DNA of 63,953 nt, filler included, from Octopus bimaculoides (lineage: Eukaryota), in assembly GCF_001194135.2 (NCBI RefSeq). It is 6 parts of 6 records of this genome, joined end to end, with 100 filler letters (N's around TTAATTAATTAA, not from the genome) between each part and the next. Parts side by side here need not be neighbours in the genome. Positions count along the whole stretch, not along the records: positions 1 to 15,406 come from NC_068983.1; 5 more parts are not named here. One strand, 5' to 3'. Both the position numbers and the translations under genes were made by a program. Position 1 is the first letter of the stretch. Each line of letters opens with the position of its first letter. The notes under the pieces were generated by a model. That model did no database searches. It was not told where the DNA came from and saw only the letters and a program-made list of their open reading frames with translations. Shown one piece after another: positions 1 to 13,397 of the stretch.

Positions 1-1
1 A

Positions 2-272
2 ATGTGGAATCTAAAAACAGAAACAATTCCTATCATAGTAGGTGCCTTAGGTATAATAAAAAAATATTCAGACAAATACATAACAAAAACACCAGGACTT
101 ACAAATATATATAACATACAGAAAATTGCACTACTGGGTACTGCACACATCCTACGCAAAACACTTTCAATACAGTAAACATAAGAGCACCACAGCAAAC
201 CACAGCACATACCCAAGGCGCACAGAGCTGCGCTCGGTAGTGAAGTGAAAGCACGTTATAAAAATAAAACTA

Positions 273-302
<30 letters not shown>
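2..302 (+). mobile_element. 3' end of an R4/Dong-type RLE non-LTR retrotransposon (end of ORF, 3' UTR, (TAA)n tail)
   Basis: 2..178 translates MWNLKTETIPIIVGALGIIKKYSDKYITKTPGLTNIYNIQKIALLGTAHILRKTLSIQ*, matching the C-terminal motifs of RLE-domain LINEs (IP.(V/I).GALG, IQK.ALLGTA.ILRK.L). About 100 nt of 3' UTR follows, then (TAA)n at ~278-302. Confidence 0.85.
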
Positions 303-303
<1 letters not shown>

Positions 304-1565
304 GCAACACCGGGGACGTTTAACAGAGATTACACCGGGAGACGTTTATAAGAGATTACACGTTTAACATGTGAGAACATGTGAGAACGATAAATCACTG
401 CTCCGAAATTTATCCAAAATCATCGGAAATAAAGACATCGCATGGAGCCAAAAATAGCTAACAAAGGGTTGGACTATATCCGAGTAAGTAATACTCATTG
501 AAATTTATTTCTATCTTTCCAAATATAATGATGTATTTTAACTGGGTATCATCTCGACTGATCGCACAGCACACGTAAACACGCTTGTTATATCAACACC
601 AGACCATCTCCGGCCCCAAACACCATGTACAAAAAAATTACAAACAGATTAAATAATACCGGTATTATTCCACCCAAGAATAACAACCGGGAATTGCATA
701 CTTTAAACTTCTTACGCAAAAAATACGAAGAGGTGCACGTGCAAAACTATCTGACAACAGAAATGAACGAATCGGTACCCTACGAAAATGATGACCGTTA
801 AAATAAAGGGCCGGACGTTGTTCCTCATGTCCCGCAAATAAAACCAAAACGGCATTAATGGACACGTGAGGGATACATTTCGATCCTACACGCTTACTTT
901 ACAGCAGTGCTCTACCCAAAGAACGAAAACGCAACAACACATACATATAAAATATGGAAGAAAAATAATCTAAATAAAGACCTGGATGCGACAATGAACC
1001 CTAATAAACTAGCTAACATACGAAGATATATTCTCAAAGAAAAAAATATCAGAAATAGAAATAGAACAATTGAAAGGAAAAGTACATCAGGAAAATCTAG
1101 ATAGTAGCCACACAACAATGCCAAATAATAATATAAACACTGAGATAGTAAAACACGAAGACAAACGTAACATTTCCGCCAAAAACGAAGTAAACAAAAA
1201 AGAACAAATCCAGACCGGAGAGATGTATAATAATGTACAAAAAGTACCAATCCAGAACACCACAGACAAACATATGAATGAAAAGGAAGGCGAAACAAAT
1301 CTAAAACCTGGGAATAACGAAGGGAAACCTAATGATTATGATACTATAAAAATGAGAATAATCAAAGAACTGAAAACCACAGATCTTAGAATTGACCACA
1401 GATTATATCTCCCAAAAATCAAAATAGACAATAAAACAACATCAATAATAAATAGCATAAACCTGGCCGTCACGGAACTAACAGCCACAGAAACAACTGG
1501 CAATATCACTGAGCTAAATGACATAATATATGTGGCAGCCACTGCAGCCACAAAAGAAGCAGGAT
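303..1565 (+). mobile_element. 5' part of a second R4/Dong-type element (5' UTR and decayed N-terminal ORF), running into an N gap
   Basis: One frame from caccATG at 625 continues through two TAA stops into KRH*WTREGYISILHAYFTAVLYPK...KIWKKNN...NKLANIRRYI (R.KWT.E..W..LA...R N-terminal motif). It then shifts frame into the 1070 ORF with RLYLPKIKID...INSIN...ITELNDIIYVAA, typical of Dong/R4 N-termini. Short tandem repeats at 305-390. Confidence 0.7.
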
Positions 1566-2612
1566 NNNNNNNNNNNNNNNNNNNNNNNNNNNNNNNNNNN
1601 NNNNNNNNNNNNNNNNNNNNNNNNNNNNNNNNNNNNNNNNNNNNNNNNNNNNNNNNNNNNNNNNNNNNNNNNNNNNNNNNNNNNNNNNNNNNNNNNNNNN
1701 NNNNNNNNNNNNNNNNNNNNNNNNNNNNNNNNNNNNNNNNNNNNNNNNNNNNNNNNNNNNNNNNNNNNNNNNNNNNNNNNNNNNNNNNNNNNNNNNNNNN
1801 NNNNNNNNNNNNNNNNNNNNNNNNNNNNNNNNNNNNNNNNNNNNNNNNNNNNNNNNNNNNNNNNNNNNNNNNNNNNNNNNNNNNNNNNNNNNNNNNNNNN
1901 NNNNNNNNNNNNNNNNNNNNNNNNNNNNNNNNNNNNNNNNNNNNNNNNNNNNNNNNNNNNNNNNNNNNNNNNNNNNNNNNNNNNNNNNNNNNNNNNNNNN
2001 NNNNNNNNNNNNNNNNNNNNNNNNNNNNNNNNNNNNNNNNNNNNNNNNNNNNNNNNNNNNNNNNNNNNNNNNNNNNNNNNNNNNNNNNNNNNNNNNNNNN
2101 NNNNNNNNNNNNNNNNNNNNNNNNNNNNNNNNNNNNNNNNNNNNNNNNNNNNNNNNNNNNNNNNNNNNNNNNNNNNNNNNNNNNNNNNNNNNNNNNNNNN
2201 NNNNNNNNNNNNNNNNNNNNNNNNNNNNNNNNNNNNNNNNNNNNNNNNNNNNNNNNNNNNNNNNNNNNNNNNNNNNNNNNNNNNNNNNNNNNNNNNNNNN
2301 NNNNNNNNNNNNNNNNNNNNNNNNNNNNNNNNNNNNNNNNNNNNNNNNNNNNNNNNNNNNNNNNNNNNNNNNNNNNNNNNNNNNNNNNNNNNNNNNNNNN
2401 NNNNNNNNNNNNNNNNNNNNNNNNNNNNNNNNNNNNNNNNNNNNNNNNNNTATATATATATATATATATTCTGATTATAATTGTATTCTGTCCCTATATC
2501 TATTGTTTTAGTTTTGTCTTTAAACTGCTGAAAATGAAACATCACTCTGGCCTATGCATTCACATTTCACTACGTGAAATGAAAGTACGTTCTAACGTAT
2601 GACTTATTCAAC

Positions 2613-2702
2613 AAATCATCTGATGACTCGTATTTTACACTTTGGATGCATGCTAATGATGTACTATGGGTGTAAAATGTGTCGAAACTATTGTAGTGAT
2701 TT
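2613..2702 (+). ncRNA. Degenerate type-I hammerhead-ribozyme-like motif (Penelope-like terminal-repeat relic)
   Basis: AAATCAT (2613-2619), CTGATGA (2620-2626), stem with TTTTACAC/GTGTAAAA, GAAAC (2684-2688), TATT, GTA triplet, then GTGATTT (2696-2702) complementary to the 5' arm. The base of stem II is mismatched (C opposite C). Confidence 0.4.
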
Positions 2703-2867
2703 TAAATAATGTCTCATTTCATTATCTTTCATCCATCATCCATGTCGCTACTAGTTTAACCCCGGGAAGATCTTCCGCATTATTGTTCCTGAAAGTTGCT
2801 TTTTTATATCTTTCACGGACTGCATGAAGCTCACTCTGTTCCTACACTTTGATCCTTGGATCTTAGC

Positions 2868-2914
<47 letters not shown>

Positions 2915-3915
2915 TGATACATTATTATGTGTGTATATATACATTTACAGATTTACGTATGTTATAATTCAACTAGTATACTTTTAATTCTATAGAACTA
3001 AATGGTCTTTTATTTATGTCCCTCTAAGTGCAACACATTATTTTATTCTTTTAACTAGATAACATTCATTCTATAGAATACAGTTTTCATTGCACTTTTG
3101 CGGAAATATACGGCACACTTTCTTCAATTTCCTAGTTTGAAGCACTTAGAACCTTGAACATTACTTCTTTAAATATCTCAATAAACTTGACCTATTTTTT
3201 CGTATTGATTTTAGGATCACTCATTTCGGAATTTTACAAATGTAAATTGACAGATATAACGCCGAGGGAAGTTGATCTAAACATTTTCATTAATGCAATA
3301 GTGCAATAGTGTAGTAACAACAATCCTCTATATTTACGTTTTCTCACAGCTGAACACTTCTGCTTGATATTTGAATACTAAATAAGGTTTGCGCAATGAA
3401 TCTGCATCACTAAAATCTGATGTTTACCTGGTTGCAATATCGCATTTAGTGGACTAATCCATAAATCTATAATACTTTTGACTGTAGCTATATTATATTT
3501 CTTACGTTTCTATATATATTTATATGAAGTTAAAACTTTAGTGGTTTCAAGGCGGAAGAAAGGATTACAAACGTGTCCATTCGTTTAAAATTGCAATCGG
3601 CTTTGTTATGTATCTCAAGACGCCACAAGAAATTGTACGCACTTCGGCTTTTCTACTACGGGAAAATCACATTAATCATACCAAGACGAACACACTTCTA
3701 GAAATTAGAGTTAAACACGCTCACAATAAGCTATTAAATTTTAACTTCTAGTGGAGCCCTCTTACTTGAAACAATTGTTACACAAATTAAAAAAATCAGC
3801 TGTTGTTCTTGTTTGCACTCGTGTGTTTGAGAAATCACAATCAATACTTTAGAGACTGATTACATTTCTTTTCTATATTAGTAGTTCGTCTGTGAGTAGT
3901 TTTATTAGAAACGTT

Positions 3916-3969
<54 letters not shown>

Positions 3970-3979
3970 NNNNNNNNNN

Positions 3980-4043
<64 letters not shown>

Positions 4044-7000
4044 AACAAAACGGGAGAATTTGTAGTGTCATTACAGGTAAGTTTTCTTGGTCTTCTTTTT
4101 GTCAGAGATCCATACGAAATGCGTGATAGTAGATAATTTTTCTTTATACCAGAAAAAGGATGAACATAAAAAGTAAATGACAAGAAACGAAAGAAAGCAG
4201 CATCCAATCCATTTCAATGGAGTTACATGTATTTAATATCAATTTAATAACAGGCCCAAACTAGGAATTACGCTGAAATTTCTCGTAGGATTAATATTTA
4301 GCAATAAGTGAAGTACTTTTTCGAGAAACATTTATTATACCAGTAACATATCGACTCTTGTCCATATTTGCAGATTTACATTTAGAAAATTTTAATCCAG
4401 TATTATTAAGTAGGTTCGTTTTTACGTTTTAGGTCAGTCTGTAGTGTGGGCTTGTTATCTAGAGACTTTGACCGTCTCTGAATAGAAGTAAAAACATTAA
4501 TCATTATCTTGATGTTCTAACATGTTGACTGGTGACACTGAAAGTAATGCGAATTCATTTGCCTCTGCTTTCTCACTAGCTATACTCGGAACTGCGACCG
4601 TAAAAAACTGTGGAAGTATTTGCAGCATTTATGATCTTCACTTCATAAGCACCATCCTGTTTCTTCATTTACATTTTCCAGATCGAAAGTTTTCAAATTA
4701 CATTTACTACCGTGCATATATCAACTGGATCTTCTATCAGTTATAATTATCTTCTCCGCTCTCTTACAATGATGAACTATATATCCATAACCTGGTAGCC
4801 TTTGCCAGAGTCATTATATCTGGATGTCGATGCAGGCTCCAAAACATATGCATTTGCGTTTCACTACCCTACTAACCATCTATCTATACATTACATCAAA
4901 GATTATTATGTTGAATGGACCCATGTCCAAACCAATGATTCTAAATAGATGTCATTGTTAAAACGCTTGCCGACGTATCATCAGAAACGGATCCCCAAAG
5001 ATACCTGAAATACATACTGTCAGTAGATGGACTTCCTATATTAGTCTCTGTCTTTTCTACCAGAAGCGAAAGTGCATACTCACCAATCAAGTCAAATTTT
5101 TTTCTTGAAACAAAATATAATAGTTGGATGAATGAGTGCATGCCTTAGTTACCTTCTTCTAACCTATCATGGGTTTTCTTCGGTTAATTTCGGAGTGACC
5201 CCTATGTCGGAACCAGTTTTCAAATTATTTCCACCTAGAAATCTGGTACAAACAAGAAACCAAGTACCTTAACGAATGAAGCCGCCGACCAGCGTAGGAG
5301 CCTCTCTCCAGGAGTCAATTTACAAGCTCATCGAACTGTCATAATTAATGTGTAATCTCATTAATCACTCTTACTCTGGTAGATTGGTACCCATAATTCG
5401 TTGTTACCAACACAAATACGATGACGTTGACCTCAAATGGTGAAACGCCCATTCGGTGTATCAGCTGGAGCAGGATGCTTTTTCATATTTTCTAATTTTT
5501 GCAGTTGTGGCCCTATTGAATCATCATCGAAAAACCAGTGCAGTGCAAAACAGTTCCGATAGATGGCAGCTTAATTTGACGAGCAAACAGATGCCTTGTA
5601 CGTTGTAGTGTTCTAACCTCTGAAATCACTATTGTAAATAGCACCTCTTAGAATTTGGTCGTGATATTACGTTTTTAAAATCCCACTTTTGTAGATATCA
5701 AATGTCTTAACCGCCTGCTCAAGATATATCACATGAGATGGAAGATTTGGGATTGATCTCCTCGTTTCCATACAACTTTATGCGTATGTGATTAAACTAC
5801 CGATAAGAAAACCCAACCTCTTAGTAAATACACTTGCTAAAATATACAACAAGGCTTAGCAGTGTTGATTCTCAAATTCTCGATCTTATCATCGTAGGTT
5901 TACGACCTTGTATCCAACATTTTTATCATTTAACATCACTCATACTTTAATAAAATCCTGAATAAGGCCTACTGTATTTCTTAACATATTTATGGTGTCG
6001 TTGGTTATAAAGCAAATACGTATCACAAAGTAAGCATACTGGTACAAAGCAGAAAAATAAGAAGTCAGCGAGAAATGATCCAACTATTTCTTTACTGAAT
6101 TACATGGTTAGGATAAATTCAAATATTCAGTTTTTTTTTTGTATGGATAAAACTAAATTTAAGACGACATTCCCTGCTACTATATTCGTGATTTTAGAAA
6201 ACTTGAATATGTTTAGAATAAAAAACAGAAGTAATAAATAATTCATTCTTTTGACCTAGAGGCAATCCCCACATCAATCTTCTGATTTACTTCTTGCATT
6301 TTATTTTCAATTTATAATTATCCTCTCTCCAGCTGTCTAGTGTCGTTTTCTTCTTTTTTACTTCATTTTTTATTTCCCTCTCTTTTCGTATTCTTTGTTT
6401 AACGAAATATTTCTATATTGATTTTTTTATGGTATAGGAATGAAATGTGATACCCTACAACTTTATTTTATTAGGCTCTAACTAAGATTGCTAAAAAGTG
6501 GATACTTTCTCTTAAACTTAATTTAAATATCTAAAGGCAAAAGAAAATATAAACTTATTTGCGTTACACCTTTTAAGAGAATCACGGAGTTCATTTTTTT
6601 TTAATGTTATGTTGTTAATGCATAGTATGGCTACAAAACGCCCAATCGATAAGAAGATATCCTCTGGAATTAATTATGAAATGAATTATTGTTGCATGTT
6701 TTTTTCGAGTAAAAACAGTTAGCAGTCAGATGCAGTAGCATACGTCATGTTAATTTCTTTTGGAGAAGAAGAGAAAATGTAGAAACATTTTCCTTACAAC
6801 CCTGAGGGTTTCAGATCGACTAGTATGAAGAGAAAAGGTATTTTTAAAGTAGTGGCTGTGAGTGGAGAAAAATAGCCTCTGTAGCAAAGTTATCATTATA
6901 TGAGAGAGAGCTATGATTTGAAGTTTGTATGTGAGCAAAAGAATTGTAGATCAAATGGAGGGCTTTTAAGGTTTTATTTTGCCTGAGACAACTGTAGATT

Positions 7001-7345
7001 CCTATTAATGAGATAAGTACTTTATTATTGCTTATGCTTAAATAGTGTAAATTATGAAGATCGATATTTTCATGGAGAGTTCAATATAGACAAGCCCAGG
7101 TGTTGTGAGTGGAATACTGTACTTTGAGTTCTACATGATAATATGTCATAGGCTGATGAGAACACGGATGTTGTTACGTAAGTAAAACGTTAATGTTCGA
7201 AACTGCAGTTCATAGATAATTCTTTATTCTGTAATTACTTACTTTTTTTCCTGTTCTGGCATTTTGCGAAATTTTTCTGGAGAACATTATTTTTCTTTGT
7301 GGTTAGGTCGTTGATGACCTCGTTCTAGCATATTGGATGTCCACC

Positions 7346-7383
7346 TGTAGTCATCCCTTATACATGTATAAGGGATGACTACA
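7346..7383. repeat. Perfect 38-bp palindrome
   Basis: TGTAGTCATCCCTTATACA|TGTATAAGGGATGACTACA; the second half is the exact reverse complement of the first. Confidence 0.95.
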
Positions 7384-8853
7384 AATTAACGGATTGGTTA
7401 ATAACTGAACTTCATAGTATACCATCATTTTTGAATTAATTTGTATCATTTGCTTGATCTGAACACCTTTAAGATGAACGGTTGTATATCATCTCATGCC
7501 TTTTCATCCTGCTTTGCATGTTTTCATGGGTCAACTATGAAATGTTATTTGAATGTTTTCTATTTTTATTGTCTGCATATTACTACTACTAATAATAATA
7601 ATAAGGCCCCGATGAGATGTGGTATCCCATATTTTATAATATTTTATAATATGCATGAATCGATTTGGATATTGCATCGAAATGTTCATAGGTCATTTTC
7701 ATTATTATTATTATTATAATAAAGTATTTTCAATGGATCAGTTTTGAGCTCTCTTTATTTAAAGTCGATATATATATATACATNNNNNNNNNNNNNNNNN
7801 NNNNNNNNNNNNNNNNNNNNNNNNNNNNNNNNNNNNNNNNNNNNNNNNNNNNNNNNNNNNNNNNNNNNNNNNNNNNNNNNNNNNNNNNNNNNNNNNNNNN
7901 NNNNNNNNNNNNNNNNNNNNNNNNNNNNNNNNNNNNNNNNNNNNNNNNNNNNNNNNNNNNNNNNNNNNNNNNNNNNNNNNNNNNNNNNNNNNNNNNNNNN
8001 NNNNNNNNNNNNNNNNNNNNNNNNNNNNNNNNNNNTATATATATATATATATTATACAACTTCATGCCAGTCCAAGGTATCCAGTCCTTACTCATTTACA
8101 CGGATACTCTAACAAGGATATGTGCATGTGTATGTATATATGCATTTGTTTATGTTACTATACTCTTATATGTACACGTATATGCTTGATATAATAACAA
8201 TCAGAAATACAATAACAGCAAGCTGTAATTTTCTTCTTACATGACTTGTTTAAAAATTACGTTGCCGAAATTATTTGTGCATTTTCCTGTTTTTTTTTTG
8301 TTTTTGTTTTTTTTTTTGTTTTTGTTTTTTCAATGAATCAACCATTAGAGGTCTGAAACAACTGAACAATATCTATGTTCGAAAGGAAGCCATTTTCTCA
8401 TTATTAGACGCCAGATCAAATAACTACCATTTTGCTTCAAAGATTCAATATACTAACTATAGTAGTCGATCATAAATGTGAGTGTTCATCAGAATCGTAT
8501 AACAAGGACGGAAGTATATAATTTCAAGCCAGTAAATGGGAATATATGCGATAAAGACCACAACTAACAGATGTAGGGAAGAGCCATTTAGAAGTCATTG
8601 AACAGAATCATTTTATTTCGTCTAGGATAGTGTTCATATGTACATATTTACATGTATAGACATCAACAGGCTTACAAAATTTGATTCATAAACACAAGCG
8701 CACAATTGCATTGATATGCACTATATATACGTATATATATATGTGTGTGTGTGTGTGTGTATACATCATAGTCATCAATCATGGGTGAATATAACTTGGT
8801 AGTATATATCAAGCTTTTGCTAATTTTTAATAGCGCTAAGTGCCTTGTGCCGT

Positions 8854-8894
<41 letters not shown>

Positions 8895-9367
8895 NNNNNN
8901 NNNNNNNNNNNNNNNNNNNNNNNNNNNNNNNNNNNNNNNNNNNNNNNNNNNNNNNNNNNNNNNNNNNNNNNNNNNNNNNNNNNNNNNNNNNNNNNNNNNN
9001 NNNNNNNNNNNNNNNNNNNNNNNNNNNNNNNNNNNNNNNNNNNNNNNNNNNNNNNNNNNNNNNNNNNNNNNNNNNNNNNNNNNNNNNNNNNNNNNNNNNN
9101 NNNNNNNNNNNNNNNNNNNNNNNNNNNNNNNNNNNNNNNNNNNNNNNNNNNNNNNNNNNNNNNNNNNNNNNNNNNNNNNNNNNNNNNNNNNNNNNNNNNN
9201 NNNNNNNNNNNNNNNNNNNNNNNNNNNNNNNNNNNNNNNNNNNNNNNNNNNNNNNNNNNNNNNNNNNNNNNNNNNNNNNNNNNNNNNNNNNNNNNNNNNN
9301 NNNNNNNNNNNAATCTAACGGATTTTGTGTGTTATTTTAAATGGCTTATAAACACCTTCCACGCTGC

Positions 9368-9406
<39 letters not shown>

Positions 9407-10294
9407 GTATATATTAATATTATCTCTGTTTTAAAAAATCCTTGACAATGTAAATATGTTAATAGTTACCATGGGTAGTAAAAATCACACAAAAAAAACA
9501 GGATACCACACCCGTTTTATAGGTAGAGATACCAAGTTGAAGCAATGCATTTTGAGTAGATATGAATAATAATAATAAATGGAGCAAAACGCATATAAAC
9601 ATATAACAAATGTTCCTTTAATTCCTACATATGTTTCAAAATATATGTGCACTCTACTCCAAAGAAGCAAGAGGTTCTGGAATTTCACATATATTCATCG
9701 TCAGGGAACCAACATACAGAAGCAAGCCAATTGCGGAATGATGAGGTTACTTACGAGTTATAATATTATATGGTCAAGTGAGTGACCGTTAGAAGCAAGC
9801 GAAGGATTCCTATACCTGTATATGTGTGCGTGTGTGTTATAATTGGAGTTTTTATTTTCATTTTGTTTATACTTTTGTTTAATTACAACTCTATATATAT
9901 AATTTGTTATTTGTAACCTGTGTGGACTTGAACTAATGGAGTGCCCGGTAAAAAAAAGAAAGATATTCATGCGAAGGAATGTAAAAGAGAAGAAATTCAA
10001 AGAGATCCAGAAGTGCCTCCAAAGCAATCTACCCGATGAATTAGCAGTACACAGCTGATACTGAATCATATTTATTTATATATTTATTTATAAAATCATT
10101 TTATGTAATGATATGAGAATGAAAACTCGACAACTTAAAACTGGGGAAAGAGGACGGAAACAAATGTTGTAAGTTGTAATTAAAGCCTGTTTCTTCCCTC
10201 ACTTTGCATAAAATTTTACATGACCTATATACGCACATATACAACTATACATAAGTATATACATATATATACATATATATTTTTATATATAACG

Positions 10295-11532
10295 TTGGTT
10301 ATAGTTAATACATTAAAACATAGGGTAAAAAATCATATATTAATTAATACCGATTAATTACCAGGAAGCTAGCACATTTAAAGAATCAAAGAGATTCAGA
10401 AACAGTATCTGCAATCTCAGACNNNNNNNNNNNNNNNNNNNNNNNNNNNNNNNNNNNNNNNNNNNNNNNNNNNNNNNNNNNNNNNNNNNNNNNNNNNNNN
10501 NNNNNNNNNNNNNNNNNNNNNNNNNNNNNNNNNNNNNNNNNNNNNNNNNNNNNNNNNNNNNNNNNNNNNNNNNNNNNNNNNNNNNNNNNNNNNNNNNNNN
10601 NNNNNNNNNNNNNNNNNNNNNNNNNNNNNNNNNNNNNNNNNNNNNNNNNNNNNNNNNNNNNNNNNNNNNNNNNNNNNNNNNNNNNNNNNNNNNNNNNNNN
10701 NNNNNNNNNNNNNNNNNNNNNNNNNNNNNNNNNNNNNNNNNNNNNNNNNNNNNNNNNNNNNNNNNNNNNNNNNNNNNNNNNNNNNNNNNNNNNNNNNNNN
10801 NNNNNNNNNNNNNNNNNNNNNNNNNNNNNNNNNNNNNNNNNNNNNNNNNNNNNNNNNNNNNNNNNNNNNNNNNNNNNNNNNNNNNNNNNNNNNNNNNNNN
10901 NNNNNNNNNNNNNNNNNNNNNNNNNNNNNNNNNNNNNNNNNNNNNNNNNNNNNNNNNNNNNNNNNNNNNNNNNNNNNNNNNNNNNNNNNNNNNNNNNNNN
11001 NNNNNNNNNNNNNNNNNNNNNNNNNNNNNNNNNNNNNNNNNNNNNNNNNNNNNNNNNNNNNNNNNNNNNNNNNNNNNNNNNNNNNNNNNNNNNNAAAAAA
11101 TCATATATTAATTAATACCGATTAATTACCAGGAAGCTAGCACATTTAAAGAATCAAAGAGATTCAGAAACAGTATCTGCAATCTCAGACAGTCGGTAAG
11201 ATTGTTAATTTCGAAACCGGTCCCTGTTTAGTAATGATTTTTGTCGGTAATTTTAAATGTCTTTCCCGCTTACGCTTTGGTATTCCGCTAAATTTCGTTT
11301 TGAGAACAATTTAGGTCTTAATAGACACAAGATGTGATCTATTTCTAGCACATTGAATGTCCACGCTAGTGGTCAACGTTATATATAAAAATATACTTTA
11401 ATCCCCTGAGATTGCAGGATACTGTTTCTGAATCTCTTTGATTCTTTAAATCTACTAGCTTCCTGGTAATTAATCGATATTAATTAATATATGATTTTTT
11501 ACTCTATGTTTTAATGTATTAACCATAACCAA
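10295..11532. repeat. ~126-bp inverted repeat (fold-back); left arm partly duplicated on both sides of an N gap
   Basis: 10295-10420 matches the reverse complement of 11406-11532 with only a few differences. 11095-11190 repeats the last ~95 nt before the gap. Confidence 0.85.
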
Positions 11533-12350
11533 GTTCTCAAATTGGATATACGACGGAGTAAATATTTTCTANNNNNNNNNNCATACAAACATACACACGT
11601 ACGTACGTACGTACGTACGTATATGTGTGTGTATGTATATACATATATAGAGAGAGAGAGAGAAAGAGAGAGGGAAGAGACAGAGAAAAGGGGAAAAGTA
11701 AAACAGATACTTAAATAATTCCCACCTTTACATTCCTTAAAAGAACTACAGCAGATTTACAGGCGTGCAAATGAAGCTGTTTGGCTTCAGCTAATAGTTG
11801 TAAAATTATGCCAACATATTCTATGAGTTCAGTCATAACATACTTTCGAAGATCATCACAAAATTAAATGTAGATAAATAAATAAATGTGTATATATATA
11901 TATATATTTATATTATATATATATCTGGAAACAAATGTTATGTGGCTGATAAAAATGTTCTAGCATTCATATAATTATATCTGTAATATTGGCCTATGTA
12001 TGACAGCTAATATATTTATACGGTTATAGATATGCTCACAGACAGACACACAGACAAACAGACAGATTTGACTGGATTGAATTAGAGAATAGAATTAATT
12101 TTATATTACCTTCAGTATACTCGCCCTTTTCTGTTTAAATTTCATTACTTTACATATATCAACAACTGAATATATATATATACTTGTATGCGATAACGAT
12201 TGTATATGTGCGTGTATGTATGTGCATATGAAAAGCTGCCTATGTATGCGTGTATAAACTAATATCAAAGACAAGAGTATAGAGAGTTAATAGTTAACTG
12301 AGATGAATCAAAATAGGTGCAAAGAACTGGAGAAAACGGAATAATATTAT

Positions 12351-12560
12351 TTTCTACTCTAGGCACAAGGCCCGAAATTTTAGGGGAGGGGGCCAGTGGA
12401 TTTGATCGACCCAGTACGCCACTGGTACTTAATTTACTGACCCTGAAAGGATGAAAGGCAACGTCGACCTCTGCGGAATTTGAACTCAGAACGCAAAGAC
12501 AGACGAAACACCGCTAAGCATTTCGCCCAGCATTCTAACGCTTCTTCCAGCTCGCCGCCT
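12351..12560 (-). mobile_element. SINE family A (tRNA-like head, tail ...GTGCCTAGAGTAGAAAA) with 15-bp TSD
   Basis: Minus strand AGGCGGCGAGCTGG...GAGTTCAAATTCC (B-box-like)...CCTTTCATCCTTTC...AGTACCAGT...CTTGTGCCTAGAGTAGAAA. Direct repeat GAAAACGGAATAATA at 12332-12346 and 12562-12576. Confidence 0.85.
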
Positions 12561-12576
12561 GGAAAACGGAATAATA

Positions 12577-12800
12577 CTTATTTCTTTATTGCCAACTGGG
12601 AGCTAAACATAGAAGAGACAATCAAGGGATTAAGTCGATTATATCGACCCCAGTGCGTAACTGGTACTTATTTAATCAACCCCGAAAGGATGAAAGGCAC
12701 AGGGTACCTCGGCGGAATTTGAACTCAGAACGTAACGGCAAACGAAATGCCGCTAAGCATTTCGCCCGACGTGCTAACGATTTTGCTAGCTCGCCACCTT
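12577..12800 (-). mobile_element. SINE family A, variant with alternative tail ending ...GGCAATAAAGAAATAAG
   Basis: Same head and body as other family A copies, with a different 3' tail also seen at 34230-34300 and 46070-46140. Confidence 0.8.
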
Positions 12801-13000
12801 GAAAAATCAAAAAACAAAAAAAAAACATTTGACAGGAATGATATGAGTAGAATCAAACGTTTAGAAATATTCATTTGTATGTAAAACAAATTGATTTTTC
12901 ATACTCGCTCATACTGTCGTTTTCTCTTTGCTGCTGTTTATCCTTGTCTCTTTGTAATTGTCTCTNNNNNNNNNNTTTGATATATGTGCGTGTGTATGTT

Positions 13001-13033
<33 letters not shown>

Positions 13034-13397
13034 ATGCGTGTGTATATGCTCATTCTACATACGCTATAAATTTTTGACATCAAAACATAACCCTGTTCTC
13101 GGAGAATTAAAGCTCTAGAATTCTTTGATGCCGGCCTCCGAGATTTAATAGCGATGATTAAAGCACGTTAATGCTTTCCAAACTAAACTTACACGCGACA
13201 TGAAGCAAATCAAGGAATCTGACAAAAATAGAAATACATATGAAATAAATGATACAGGACAAATATCTACTCAACAATAATATTACAGGCAACTACATAA
13301 AACAAGAGCATAATATAATATACATAACGAAATGAAAAACAGCAAAAAATCCCTGAAACTACATAATAAACTAGACGTCGTGCCCAAACGCCAAGCG

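Noticed and set aside
4500-5900. Higher-complexity stretch with a 66-codon open frame on both strands (4941-5141) that looks like a decayed gene
   Set aside because: Extending the frame gives stops at roughly the density expected by chance in AT-rich DNA, and I recognise no domain. A frameshift-aware protein search would be needed.
11095-11190. Tandem duplication across the 10423-11094 gap
   Set aside because: An exact repeat at both gap edges most likely reflects unmerged overlapping contig ends.
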